From: a virus | DNA: 64,000 nt | Strand: one strand, 5' to 3' | Virus record (IMG/VR): IMGVR_UViG_3300009130_000002 | In this document: one piece after another, positions 44,289-54,709 of the stretch | How the letters are laid out: each line of letters begins with the position of its first letter | Numbering within the stretch: the stretch's first letter is position 1 | The notes under the pieces: model-generated | The model's database searches: none | What the model was told of the DNA's origin: nothing | Seen by the model: the letters and a program-made list of their open reading frames with translations, nothing else | Position numbers and translations under genes: made by a program

Positions 44289-46448
44289 GTGAATTTGGAT
44301 CTCTTAATAAATATAGGATCGAGCCCAATTTCTACACAGACAGGGCATCGCTCTAAGTATATAGAAACTCCCCACCCAGGAACCAACAGTAAGATTATGG
44401 GTTGGCAGTGGGGAAAGTTTATGTGGCCAGTATATTCGGACTTGTCTGAATTCTCTTATGTTCCAACGATCTATGATGCTGAATTAAATTTAGATAAACT
44501 ATATTATCAATCAGGTTTTGGATATGAAGACGATATTAAATTGAATAATATCGTTAGAAGAGAAGTCGAACACCTAAAGAAATGGGCCCCAGTAATTAAC
44601 TCTGGAACCTACTATGTTCATGATAGAGAATGGTACCTTTTCAGTGACCAGTATATTACAGAAGCATTAGATGTTACTGCAGGCCACCATGTTTTAGGCA
44701 CCAGAAACAAGGCCTTAACCCCTATCTTTATTAGGAACTATAAGAGGAGCTTACAAACATCTGAGCTTCTTATAAATAAAGAACTAAGATATGCAATTAG
44801 GCTAGATGCAGACGGAACAATGCTACCTCCACAAGAGGGAGAGTTCATAGTTGATACAACTACAGAGCCAACAGAAACACGAATTCAATTATTTGCTAAC
44901 GATGAGACAATCAGTAGTGAAACTCAAGCATTTCAAATTACAGAAGATACTACGAGTTTACAACTTTCAGCATTTCCAGTATCAACAACTAATGCCGATG
45001 CCAACAATTGGAGTGTAGATCTTGACCTTGGAGTTCTCACAAGATTAAACCCTGCAACTGATGGCCTGAATGGAACCTCGGTAACAATAGTTTACACCCC
45101 AAGTTATGTCGTTATATATGAGCCAGAGTTTTCTTCTGGAGAAGTTACTGCAGAAACGGCAAATATCAACCCCCTGCATGTCGGAACAAATAGGGGTTTT
45201 ATTCAAATCACAACAGAGATCTTAGATCCCTTCAGTATAGAATTAGAAACAGATCTCCCAATAACAAATCCATCGAACTTTCCTTCTTCAGAATATAATT
45301 TGGATTTAGGAAACAACGTTGCTCGCTTAACAGCAACAGTTAGAAATCAAGCAGGTAGCTTACTCGAAGGAATTAGGGTTTTCTTCGATTGGGAGCATGC
45401 TCCTCCTGGAGGCTATGGAGATTATACAGATGATCCTTCGTCCATTACCAATTACAATGGAGAAGCTTACATGTCTTATAGTGCCCCCTCAACAATAAAT
45501 GATATTGGTTCCTACGTTTTAAAAGATGATATTACAGTAGCTAACGGAGGGTCTACCCTTGATATTCCAAATATTGCACAAACAAGTTTAGATAAAATCT
45601 ATATTTATGCAGTCAGTTCTGATGATACATTCATGGGGCTGGATTTTGTAAGCTTACAAAACTATTGGACAGCTGGAACCGGCAACTACTTCACAGATGA
45701 ATTGATCACAGAGGCAGGCATAAATACAAAAGACTATGAAGAAAGTTATCGTCAATATCAGGGGCAATATAGTTTACATGATTTTCATTATCCATATATC
45801 CGACCTTTTGAATTAGTTACAGATCATTCAGGTGAAACCAGAGGTCGAAAGACAATGGTCTTTGTTGAGCGAAATATTGACGGTTCTTATTTGAATCCAA
45901 ATACAGGTGTTAGATCAGATGCAAGCAATGCGATCTGGGAGCCATTAAAGCCTTTCTCTATTACAGAGGGCCCAACAACTACGAGTATTAAATATAGTAT
46001 TGATTTAAAAAACACCAATAACGACCCGCTTGATAATGACAGGATTTTTCAATATTTTGTAGTAGCAAACAGAACTATCAAGATAAAGGCTTGGGCAAAT
46101 AATGCAGCAGGCCAAAGGATTTTTTCTAATGAAATTTTGTTAAATATAATGTTACCTGATAGTCTAAATGGTGTATACTATGCAGAAGCATTGAACAGCT
46201 TGCCTTCTGATTTTATTGATGGTTTACTCACTAGCAAGTCAGAGGTGCCAGATCATATAGATGATCCATTTAAAGAAGAGTGGGATGACAACAATCCCAA
46301 TGCTACAACAGATGTAACTTCTGTTTCGATTACTCCAGATGCTAATCCCGCAGTGATTCCATTAGGATTTAGAATTGCAAACCCCCAAGGGATTACAGTA
46401 GCAAGCTTATTAGATAGAATTACATTCCTAACAAAAGAGAATGATTAA
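44289..46448 (+). CDS. Baseplate/structural protein with Big_1 (invasin-type) Ig-like domain
   Basis: GTG start. ARLTATVRNQAGSLLEGIRVFF...ITNYNGEAYMSYSAP matches the Big_1 pattern. Confidence 0.6.
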   Translation: MNLDLLINIGSSPISTQTGHRSKYIETPHPGTNSKIMGWQWGKFMWPVYSDLSEFSYVPTIYDAELNLDKLYYQSGFGYEDDIKLNNIVRREVEHLKKWAPVINSGTYYVHDREWYLFSDQYITEALDVTAGHHVLGTRNKALTPIFIRNYKRSLQTSELLINKELRYAIRLDADGTMLPPQEGEFIVDTTTEPTETRIQLFANDETISSETQAFQITEDTTSLQLSAFPVSTTNADANNWSVDLDLGVLTRLNPATDGLNGTSVTIVYTPSYVVIYEPEFSSGEVTAETANINPLHVGTNRGFIQITTEILDPFSIELETDLPITNPSNFPSSEYNLDLGNNVARLTATVRNQAGSLLEGIRVFFDWEHAPPGGYGDYTDDPSSITNYNGEAYMSYSAPSTINDIGSYVLKDDITVANGGSTLDIPNIAQTSLDKIYIYAVSSDDTFMGLDFVSLQNYWTAGTGNYFTDELITEAGINTKDYEESYRQYQGQYSLHDFHYPYIRPFELVTDHSGETRGRKTMVFVERNIDGSYLNPNTGVRSDASNAIWEPLKPFSITEGPTTTSIKYSIDLKNTNNDPLDNDRIFQYFVVANRTIKIKAWANNAAGQRIFSNEILLNIMLPDSLNGVYYAEALNSLPSDFIDGLLTSKSEVPDHIDDPFKEEWDDNNPNATTDVTSVSITPDANPAVIPLGFRIANPQGITVASLLDRITFLTKEND

Positions 46449-46468
46449 AGTTTAAAGAGGTAACAGCA

Positions 46469-49400
46469 ATGGCTGATAAATTAAGAACAACATATCCAGT
46501 AGAAGTAGTATTTACTCCAGGTGAACAACCTAGTGCTGAAAAATTAACAGCAGTATCAACCCAAGCAAAGACAGGCATGCGTATCATTGAGAATGCCATT
46601 GGAGATCTTTGGGGAACAGGAGGAGATCCAAACTTTAAAGGCTTAGAAATTCCTTCTCTTGGGCGTGTTGTCGGTCAAAATAGTTATCTAAATCCAGCTT
46701 TATTCTCCTTACAAACAACACTTACGGGAGCAACAAGAGGCCCATTCTATTATATAGAGAGATTGGATGAGGAATTTGCCGGAAAAACTACAGGCTACTT
46801 AACATTTAAACCTCATTACAATTCTAACTATACAGGTGAAACAGGATTTGATGGTTATGGCTTTATTATTTCTGATGGAACTGACGTTTTACTTGATATG
46901 TCTGCGGGAGACCCAGCAAACTCTCAGATGCATCAGGAAGGCCTTATAGGTAATATAGGGGATAACGGATCAATTGATACAAATAAGTATTTTGTTGATT
47001 TAGGCACTGGAAGATTTAGATTTCCAGAGCCTTTTGTTAGTGGAACATTAAAATATATCGGCTATTGGGTTCATCCAGATGACTGGGCTCTTGGGGATAT
47101 TGATGGGCAGGATATTGTTCCTGGAGTTATTCCTGACTTGCGATCACAACCTTCAATGCTTCATATTGAAAGACAAGTAGCAAATCCAGATGTATATCAT
47201 ATCAAAATCCCACAAAGGACTCCTCTTCAAGCCGACGTTTATGATATGGAACAAAAAATTCCAGTTCCATGTCAAGCAAATGGCGTTAATCTAAATGATG
47301 AATCAGTAGGACTTGCAGAGGCTGGATTTTCAGATGCGGAGGCTCCTCGTATCTGGAATACCAGTGATACGCATGTTTCAACTGACCCATCCTTTCATAG
47401 ATATCAAATTCCTTTGTTCACCGCTATGGCTCAGGGTGAGCAAATGAAAGAGGGTTCTATCAAGTTGATAGATAGGGTTTCCAAAGGGGTTGTTCATGGT
47501 CTAGTCTTTAAAAAATTGGATGAGGGTACGATAGAGGTTACAGATAGCTTAAAGTTTTTAGAAAGTCTCTACGACAACGTGGCAGGTAATCCCGCCACAC
47601 TTTATGGAACTTTTCAGTTAATTACGGGAGGTCCTTCATTAAGCAAAAGTGTAGCAATTCTTAGAAATGCTCTTTTTAATCATACCCATGACGGAGGATT
47701 CCAGGAAAATACTATAGATCATAGTGTATTTAAAAATAGCTCTCCAGCAAAAAATCGAGATGATATGGTTTGGACAGCGAGTAATTTCAACCAACCAGAT
47801 GATCATATTCAGTATCTCCATAGAGAAAACTCAGTGGGTGGAGTATATCGAGATCCAAATCGTAACGCTTTTTTAGATGACTTAATCATTGCCCAAGACA
47901 CTCTGGATTCAGCAACAGGCCTATACATAGGCGACCTAACAACACACGGCAGTAACAATATTTACTTTGGTATTGATGCTGGAGATTCCCCACAAATAGG
48001 GGTTACGGCCCCGCAGCTTACTGGAACTTTATGGGCAATTCCTGTAAGCAATCCAGATTATAGTGTTATAGATTTCTCTAACTTGTTTGTTGTTGATGCA
48101 AACGACGATAGGATCGAAGACCCTGGTAGAACCCTAAGGATAGAATCAGGCAATAACTCCAGTATTATTATGGATGGTTTATTAACAACGATTAATTTGC
48201 CATATCGTTATCTGAACTTTGATTCCACTCCCGGAGCTGGAACCATAGAAGCAGAAGATTATTATGACTTGATCACTCCAAAGCTATTAATCACAAAGCC
48301 TTTTGGACCAACAATTGTTAAGCTAAAGGGTTCCCCTTCGGTTACTGGTTATAAACATGGTTTTGGATCTGGTGGTGGAAATGCAATTCTTCATCTAACT
48401 GGTCATGAGGATAATACTACTCATAATTGTGGGCGATTATGGTGGGATGGAAGAAATGAAAAGTTAAAGCTTCAGTGGTTCTCTAATTCGCCTGTATCTT
48501 TCGAAGGCAATTATGGTTTTGATGGTGCAGGGCCAACAGGAGATATAGATACAAGTGGATGGCCTAGCTATACAACCCAACCTACAGCTTTAGAAATTTG
48601 GAAGAAGTATACAGGGTTGCAAAGCTTGATAGCTTCTTCTAATCCAAATAATTCTCAGCTTTATGATGATTTAACCCCAGTTACAAATAGCGATATTGGC
48701 AGTGCATCTTATGGTGATGTAACTGGTCAACTCCTGGGGCTTGCAGAACTAGAAAAAAATACAGTTAGATCTGAAGGCCCAATTCAAACAAAAAGTCTTT
48801 TTATTGAATATAGGTTAGATGAAGATAGCGGATTTACAGACTACTCAACGACCACACTTAATCAAGGAAACAGTGGAGAGTTGTTGGCAGCAAAAGTTTG
48901 GTATTATCTTTCTCTTAAAATTGAAGACAATATAGCTCCAGGAAACAGATCGTGGAGTGAACCTGGACTAATTGGGACTTCTGTCAAAGAAGAAACAGGA
49001 ACAGGCTCTACTATTAGTGTTTCGTGCAAAGTTCCAGCAAATATATATGAGTATGCTATCTTTAGAAAAGTTCAAATAATGAATACGAGTGATCCTTTTC
49101 AGTATCGTGTTTTTCGAGGAAGAACTTTTCGAAGCGAAGAAGAAAGAAGAGATCATTTTACTTCAGTAGCACCAGCAGAATATAAAACAATTGAATTCGA
49201 AGACTGGACTAATTACGATGAGAACTTGCACGATGATGGTCTTTATCAGAGCAAGTGGTCTACAACAAACCAAAAAGGTCTGATTCCTTTTTTTGCTGGT
49301 GAAGTAAAGTGGAATACTCAGATGGTATTGAACTCTGAAGAAAATGCTACAAATAACCTTCTGCTTCTTGGCAACTTTCCTCCAGAAATTATCACAACCC

Positions 49401-50671
49401 AAAATGAAACAGATCATTTAGGCGCAACAAGCAGTTTTGAATTAGGAAAGAAATTCCATATCACAGAAGGTGGAGACCTATTTCTCGCAGGCAAGTTAAA
49501 AACTCTTGGGAGTATTGAAAACTTAAATGCAAGTGGAGTTTTAAAAGCAAGAGAGTTAGGGTTAAGAGAACAAAAATTTGAAGGTCTTGCAAAGATTCAT
49601 GATGGAAACAACCTTGGGGCAGCTATAGCGAATAGCGGAAAGTGGCATTCTTATAAGGCAAGCATAAAGAGCATTAAGCAAGAAGCCATAGTCACTCCAA
49701 TTCAATTCAGTGTTGGGAATGGAGTTGATAAGCTTCTCTTAAGAGATGAGGTTGGTAATGCAATTGACGGCACTAGTATCCCATTAACTCTTCCTAACAG
49801 CACAAATGGTGATGGTAGCCTTCAAGATAGATTTTACTTAGGATTCCATCCTTTTTCTGGTGTAGCCGGAATGAATAATACATCACCTCTCAACCTCAGG
49901 TGCCCCTCCTTGAGAGAGGTTACAGCGTCTTTGAACCTAGATGCTAACCTAGAACCTGGCAGTGATTGGAAAGCACCAATCGCAGCAAGACGTGAATCTG
50001 GTATTTCTGATTATTATGGAGATATATTAACAGTAATTGCAGATTTTGGACAAGCAACAACTGAAACAGGAGCCCCCCTTGTCAGTTTAGGAGCTTGCGA
50101 GGGACTGTCACATAAGAAAATCTTAAATGTAACGCCTTCTCAGCACTTTTATACTGGTCCTTATTCTCATTTTGATCATCACATGAGTGCAAACTATAAG
50201 TATAAGGTATCTAGTTATTTTGATTTTATCGGGTGGGAGGTTTCACCAATTAGGTATTTTGAATTACATCAAGATGACGGTGTTACTGATCAAACCACTT
50301 TAAATATGAATCAGGCTCATCCATGGAAATTTTCAAGCAATCAGTTTTTAAAATTGCATTTTCGATGCACTCATCAGGATAGACATCGAACTTCAACTAC
50401 CAGCGAAGGCTCTACAACAAATTATGATTATGATATTTTTTCACTAGGAGGGCAAAATGGGGGAACTGCGGGCCCGAATGGAAGCAAGCGCCTCGGCCTT
50501 GACTGGAAGATCCCAGATCCGAATAATCCAGGACAATTTATAGATTCAGATAGTATCCCAAGCTATATTCTTGGTCAGTTAAAATTTAAGGTTACTTACA
50601 TTGAGGCAGGAGAATATAATGAGACAGTGGGTGGCGGATCTTGGTTACCTAATATTGGAGATATATTCTAA
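46469..50671 (+). CDS. Large multidomain tail fibre/baseplate protein
   Basis: 1400 aa. N-terminal FTPGEQPSAEKL, fibre-type His motifs HTHDG and DDHIQYLHR, beta-rich composition. Confidence 0.6.
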   Translation: MADKLRTTYPVEVVFTPGEQPSAEKLTAVSTQAKTGMRIIENAIGDLWGTGGDPNFKGLEIPSLGRVVGQNSYLNPALFSLQTTLTGATRGPFYYIERLDEEFAGKTTGYLTFKPHYNSNYTGETGFDGYGFIISDGTDVLLDMSAGDPANSQMHQEGLIGNIGDNGSIDTNKYFVDLGTGRFRFPEPFVSGTLKYIGYWVHPDDWALGDIDGQDIVPGVIPDLRSQPSMLHIERQVANPDVYHIKIPQRTPLQADVYDMEQKIPVPCQANGVNLNDESVGLAEAGFSDAEAPRIWNTSDTHVSTDPSFHRYQIPLFTAMAQGEQMKEGSIKLIDRVSKGVVHGLVFKKLDEGTIEVTDSLKFLESLYDNVAGNPATLYGTFQLITGGPSLSKSVAILRNALFNHTHDGGFQENTIDHSVFKNSSPAKNRDDMVWTASNFNQPDDHIQYLHRENSVGGVYRDPNRNAFLDDLIIAQDTLDSATGLYIGDLTTHGSNNIYFGIDAGDSPQIGVTAPQLTGTLWAIPVSNPDYSVIDFSNLFVVDANDDRIEDPGRTLRIESGNNSSIIMDGLLTTINLPYRYLNFDSTPGAGTIEAEDYYDLITPKLLITKPFGPTIVKLKGSPSVTGYKHGFGSGGGNAILHLTGHEDNTTHNCGRLWWDGRNEKLKLQWFSNSPVSFEGNYGFDGAGPTGDIDTSGWPSYTTQPTALEIWKKYTGLQSLIASSNPNNSQLYDDLTPVTNSDIGSASYGDVTGQLLGLAELEKNTVRSEGPIQTKSLFIEYRLDEDSGFTDYSTTTLNQGNSGELLAAKVWYYLSLKIEDNIAPGNRSWSEPGLIGTSVKEETGTGSTISVSCKVPANIYEYAIFRKVQIMNTSDPFQYRVFRGRTFRSEEERRDHFTSVAPAEYKTIEFEDWTNYDENLHDDGLYQSKWSTTNQKGLIPFFAGEVKWNTQMVLNSEENATNNLLLLGNFPPEIITTQNETDHLGATSSFELGKKFHITEGGDLFLAGKLKTLGSIENLNASGVLKARELGLREQKFEGLAKIHDGNNLGAAIANSGKWHSYKASIKSIKQEAIVTPIQFSVGNGVDKLLLRDEVGNAIDGTSIPLTLPNSTNGDGSLQDRFYLGFHPFSGVAGMNNTSPLNLRCPSLREVTASLNLDANLEPGSDWKAPIAARRESGISDYYGDILTVIADFGQATTETGAPLVSLGACEGLSHKKILNVTPSQHFYTGPYSHFDHHMSANYKYKVSSYFDFIGWEVSPIRYFELHQDDGVTDQTTLNMNQAHPWKFSSNQFLKLHFRCTHQDRHRTSTTSEGSTTNYDYDIFSLGGQNGGTAGPNGSKRLGLDWKIPDPNNPGQFIDSDSIPSYILGQLKFKVTYIEAGEYNETVGGGSWLPNIGDIF

Positions 50672-50683
50672 GGATAAATCAAC

Positions 50684-52801
50684 ATGGATATAGATTTATT
50701 TATCAACATAATCAAAAGACCTGAACTTGTTTGTTACAAGGGGAGGGTTAGTCCGCAATCAGCAAGCATTGCTTATGCTGGAAGTCAACAGCTATCTTCT
50801 GATGCTAACATGTCTATTGAGGATAAGTCTGGATTTATTTACGCCAATAAAATCACACAAAACCATATAATTAACTTTGAAAATGAGAATACGTTTAACT
50901 CTCCTGTTGATAATTTTCTAATCACAGATCGTTATAATATTGCCCTGGATTCTTCAGGCTCATTAAAAAAGACTCCCTTGTTTCACAAACACAAGCTTAA
51001 GCAATTTGCAGATCCCGCAGACGAAATTAAAAATATAAAAATATTCGATGATCTCATGAATGAAGTAACTGTTAGTGAGTTTACCTTAGATCAAGAAGAG
51101 GGTTATTTTTATTCCAACCTTGAAAGCTTTTACAATGTAACACCAGACAACACTGAAGACCCCGATGCAACAGAATACACATTCTTTTATATACAATACA
51201 CAATAAAGGATGCAACATCACAAAAGACATATGTTGAGTTGATGGATAATGAGGAGATTTTTCGAGAAGCAATATGGGAAGATTTTGGAACAGACAACCT
51301 TTTGCTTCCAGGAACACAAGCATATCTGATCAGTCCAGTCCCTGGTGATGGAGGATTCCAAATTGACCTACCTGTCTCAACAACCTTTTCTTATATAATT
51401 AAAGACAAGAATAGGTTGCAGTGCCTCTGGCCACCATCAAGAGATATTAGCAAGCCTTGGTATATTAGGGTAACAAATGGAAGGTTACAATATGCAGGTC
51501 TACCAAGATATCAAGTTTCTCCTGAACAATTTTTAGCTCAAGATTTCGATCCAACATTCGGAATAAAAAGAATCATCAAAGAGCCAGCAACTATTATTAA
51601 TAAAAAAGTAGTGAAGGTTGGCTATGAAAATATTCATCAAGCAGATGAACTCTATGTAGATCTAACAATAACAAATGAAGCTGGGGAATCTAAAGGACAG
51701 TTCAGTACAAATCCACAGCTACCTGCAGGATATACAGCCTGGAGTCTAAGCAATAGGCTTGGAATTAAAAGCATAGATCATGCAACAGGCTTTATTGAAA
51801 TAGAAGGAATTGATCTTGTAGCCACAGATACTGTTCTTTGTGATTATTATTATCTAGAAGATAAATATGAGTTTACAAAAATAGATTTTAATCCAATTTC
51901 AAATGGTGATATTTTAAAATACAGAACAGTTATCTATATAGATCCAAGCCCTGTTCCGCCTGATGTTGATACTTTAAAATACATTCAATTCAATCTAGAT
52001 GGGACAGGTGTTGATGGAGGGTTAAGCTATAACGATTGGATGTATTTAAATACTATCCAGGGTGTAAATTTTAATTCCAGTGGACAGCCAAATAGAACTT
52101 ATTTTGTTTTAGCAGATATTGTTGTTGGAGAAGCAAAAGCTATAAAAGATACCGTTACCTTAGATGTCCGTGTCTTTGGTGGAGGAGTTAAAGAGAGCAA
52201 AGCAGAAGAAGTTGAGGCAGCCTATCCAGATTACGATCATTTCTGGGATAAGGCATCTTGGGATGGAAAGCCCTACCCTGGGAATCTTTGTTATTATCTT
52301 CAGATTCCATTAAAGGGACTTATCAAGGGAGCAGGAGGAGAATATTCATTCGATCAAATACAGCCAATCTTAACAAGGCACACCTCCTGTGGTGCATATG
52401 GAGTTACTCGTGGATATGGAGTCGATGCGAAAATTAAAAATATAGAGTTTGCTATTGATCCAAATGATTCAACAAAAACACAAGCTACTGTTGTTTGGAA
52501 TGGGATAGGCAATTACACCTATAATATCAATTACAGACAGCTTGGTGCACAGTGGGGACCAACACAAGGAACAGATGCTGGGGTAAGTGATTCGCATAAA
52601 GTCGTGCAAAGAGAGATGACTTTTTCGTTAACTCCAAACCTTACTTATGAGTTTGCGGTTATCGGTGTGGATGATATAGCAGGCACCGATACAGAACTAA
52701 TCACACAGCATATAAACAAAACGAATTCTGGAATGAAAACACTTGTAGATGAATTAGATTCTTTACAGAGCTTACAGGTTTTTGTTCCCTCCCTAGGATA
52801 G
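50684..52801 (+). CDS. Baseplate structural protein with C-terminal FN3-like domain
   Basis: 705 aa, beta-rich. C-terminus ATVVWNG...YNINYRQ...LTPNLTYEFAVIGVD fits FN3. Confidence 0.55.
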   Translation: MDIDLFINIIKRPELVCYKGRVSPQSASIAYAGSQQLSSDANMSIEDKSGFIYANKITQNHIINFENENTFNSPVDNFLITDRYNIALDSSGSLKKTPLFHKHKLKQFADPADEIKNIKIFDDLMNEVTVSEFTLDQEEGYFYSNLESFYNVTPDNTEDPDATEYTFFYIQYTIKDATSQKTYVELMDNEEIFREAIWEDFGTDNLLLPGTQAYLISPVPGDGGFQIDLPVSTTFSYIIKDKNRLQCLWPPSRDISKPWYIRVTNGRLQYAGLPRYQVSPEQFLAQDFDPTFGIKRIIKEPATIINKKVVKVGYENIHQADELYVDLTITNEAGESKGQFSTNPQLPAGYTAWSLSNRLGIKSIDHATGFIEIEGIDLVATDTVLCDYYYLEDKYEFTKIDFNPISNGDILKYRTVIYIDPSPVPPDVDTLKYIQFNLDGTGVDGGLSYNDWMYLNTIQGVNFNSSGQPNRTYFVLADIVVGEAKAIKDTVTLDVRVFGGGVKESKAEEVEAAYPDYDHFWDKASWDGKPYPGNLCYYLQIPLKGLIKGAGGEYSFDQIQPILTRHTSCGAYGVTRGYGVDAKIKNIEFAIDPNDSTKTQATVVWNGIGNYTYNINYRQLGAQWGPTQGTDAGVSDSHKVVQREMTFSLTPNLTYEFAVIGVDDIAGTDTELITQHINKTNSGMKTLVDELDSLQSLQVFVPSLG

Positions 52802-52804
52802 ATT

Positions 52805-54709
52805 ATGCAGAATTTTCTAGAAAAATTTAATGGGACTATCAAGAATAGACAAACCCAGCAAATATTAAAGATATTAAATAAAAGAAAACTAGAAGGCGGT
52901 ATTCGAAATTTTAATGAATTCCGAACTCAGTTTGAAACCTTAATGTCTGATTTGGCACAAGAGACATTGGTCCCAAGCACTGTGCTTTACCCAGCAATTC
53001 CATTTAATGAGATCAGTATTGAAACTCACAATGAAATGCTCCTTAGGATACAAAATGATCTTAGTGCTTCCTTTGAGGAGTTGTTAAAGATCGCAGAAGT
53101 TCAAGAGAATCACGAAGCAATTGTTAGGGATCTCTTATTAAGAAATTTACGCTCAGGAATGAATGAGCTAAGAACAAAAATCAACCTATACAGATTTTTG
53201 AATGGGAATGGCCTTGGTTTTGAAGAAGCCCTTTACTCAACTTTCAACGGGGCTACAGGGGAAAGAACAAATCGAGCAGCAAGTGTTCCAAATAAATTAT
53301 TTGTTGATCCAAGAAATAAGTCCTTTTTAAGATCTATTTTTGATGCAGAAATTGATGTGGTTGGTGAAAGCCTAAGACTCTCTAGTAAAAATAGAAAACG
53401 AATTGGTGTTGGAGAGGTTAAGCAATTATTTGGAGGAACCAATAAGAAAAGTTTATTTGAATTGTATGGATATACAGAAAATAACTTGTCTAATATGATA
53501 GATAACTCAAAAGGAACTTACTGGAATCATACCATTAGAAGAGCAGGAGATGCAGAAACTGTAACTGTTACTTTACAATTTTTCTTAAACGGAACAAGAG
53601 AAATAAATTATCTAGAAATTGAACCATCGATAGCAGGCTTCAAACTGAAAACATTACTATTGAGAAAGCCAAATGGAGAAGTAGTACAAAATATAGCAAA
53701 TGATTTACTTATAGATAAAGACAAAAGAATTGTTTTTGATACAGTTTCAGTTGATAATTTTATAATAGAATTTGAAATTCCAAATAACGTATATAAGGAA
53801 TACGAAAACAGCACAATTGAAAACTTTAATCCCTTAAACGATTATGTTACGCCAGATGTTGCAGACCAAATTCTTCAAGTTCAGTCAGAACAATTAGAAT
53901 CATTTTCTTGTTTTGAATATCAGATTGGAATAGATAATGTGAAGGTTGGATTTACTGAACACTCAGAACAAAGCATATATGTTTCAAAGCCATTATTCCT
54001 AACAGAAGAAACTGGAATCTTAGGGCTTATCACAAAAGAGCAACGCCCTTACCTCCTTGACGGAAGACTCCTCTACACAAAAGAGGAAGAAGAGAAAAAA
54101 TACATAGGAAGTATAGAATATTGGGTTATAAAAGAGAACCTAGACAGTGATGACGAACAAAATGCAACAGTATTGAATACTTCTGTATTTCCTATTTGCC
54201 CAATGGGTAGAACCCAGATTCGTCATGAGAGATTGATCTTAAGTGAATTTTCAGGAGCCAGCGAATTCACAACAAAAGATACCGGCTTTTTGATACATGT
54301 CCCTTCTGCAGTTGCGGATGTTGAGTTGTTCAGAAATGGAACATCGATGGGATCAGGTGGTTGGCTAGGAACTACAGATCCGAATACAGACATTCTTAAA
54401 ATAAAAATTAATGAAGTTAATCCAGGAGATATCTTTACTGCAAGCTACCCTGTTAAAGTGGGAGACTCCTATGCTTCCTCCCAGGAGTCTTCGGATGTAT
54501 TTCTGACAGAAGATAAAACAGTAAAGCTAGGACCAGAGAGTATTGTTTTAATTGATGAAAGCCAGGATGATAGAATAGAAAGTTACAGACTCTACTTGGT
54601 TATCTTGATGAGACAAAATGGGAATGTGCAGGCAGCCACTCCGATGATAGAAGAGTATACCCTTGCAATGGGCAAAAGAAATATAGGAAAGTTTGAGAGT
54701 TTAACATGA
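52805..54709 (+). CDS. Baseplate/structural protein, paralogue 1 of a triplet
   Basis: Coiled-coil N-terminus plus a beta-sandwich region (IDNSKGTYW, INYLEIEP, YQIGIDNV); C-terminus TPMIEEYTL. Confidence 0.6.
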   Translation: MQNFLEKFNGTIKNRQTQQILKILNKRKLEGGIRNFNEFRTQFETLMSDLAQETLVPSTVLYPAIPFNEISIETHNEMLLRIQNDLSASFEELLKIAEVQENHEAIVRDLLLRNLRSGMNELRTKINLYRFLNGNGLGFEEALYSTFNGATGERTNRAASVPNKLFVDPRNKSFLRSIFDAEIDVVGESLRLSSKNRKRIGVGEVKQLFGGTNKKSLFELYGYTENNLSNMIDNSKGTYWNHTIRRAGDAETVTVTLQFFLNGTREINYLEIEPSIAGFKLKTLLLRKPNGEVVQNIANDLLIDKDKRIVFDTVSVDNFIIEFEIPNNVYKEYENSTIENFNPLNDYVTPDVADQILQVQSEQLESFSCFEYQIGIDNVKVGFTEHSEQSIYVSKPLFLTEETGILGLITKEQRPYLLDGRLLYTKEEEEKKYIGSIEYWVIKENLDSDDEQNATVLNTSVFPICPMGRTQIRHERLILSEFSGASEFTTKDTGFLIHVPSAVADVELFRNGTSMGSGGWLGTTDPNTDILKIKINEVNPGDIFTASYPVKVGDSYASSQESSDVFLTEDKTVKLGPESIVLIDESQDDRIESYRLYLVILMRQNGNVQAATPMIEEYTLAMGKRNIGKFESLT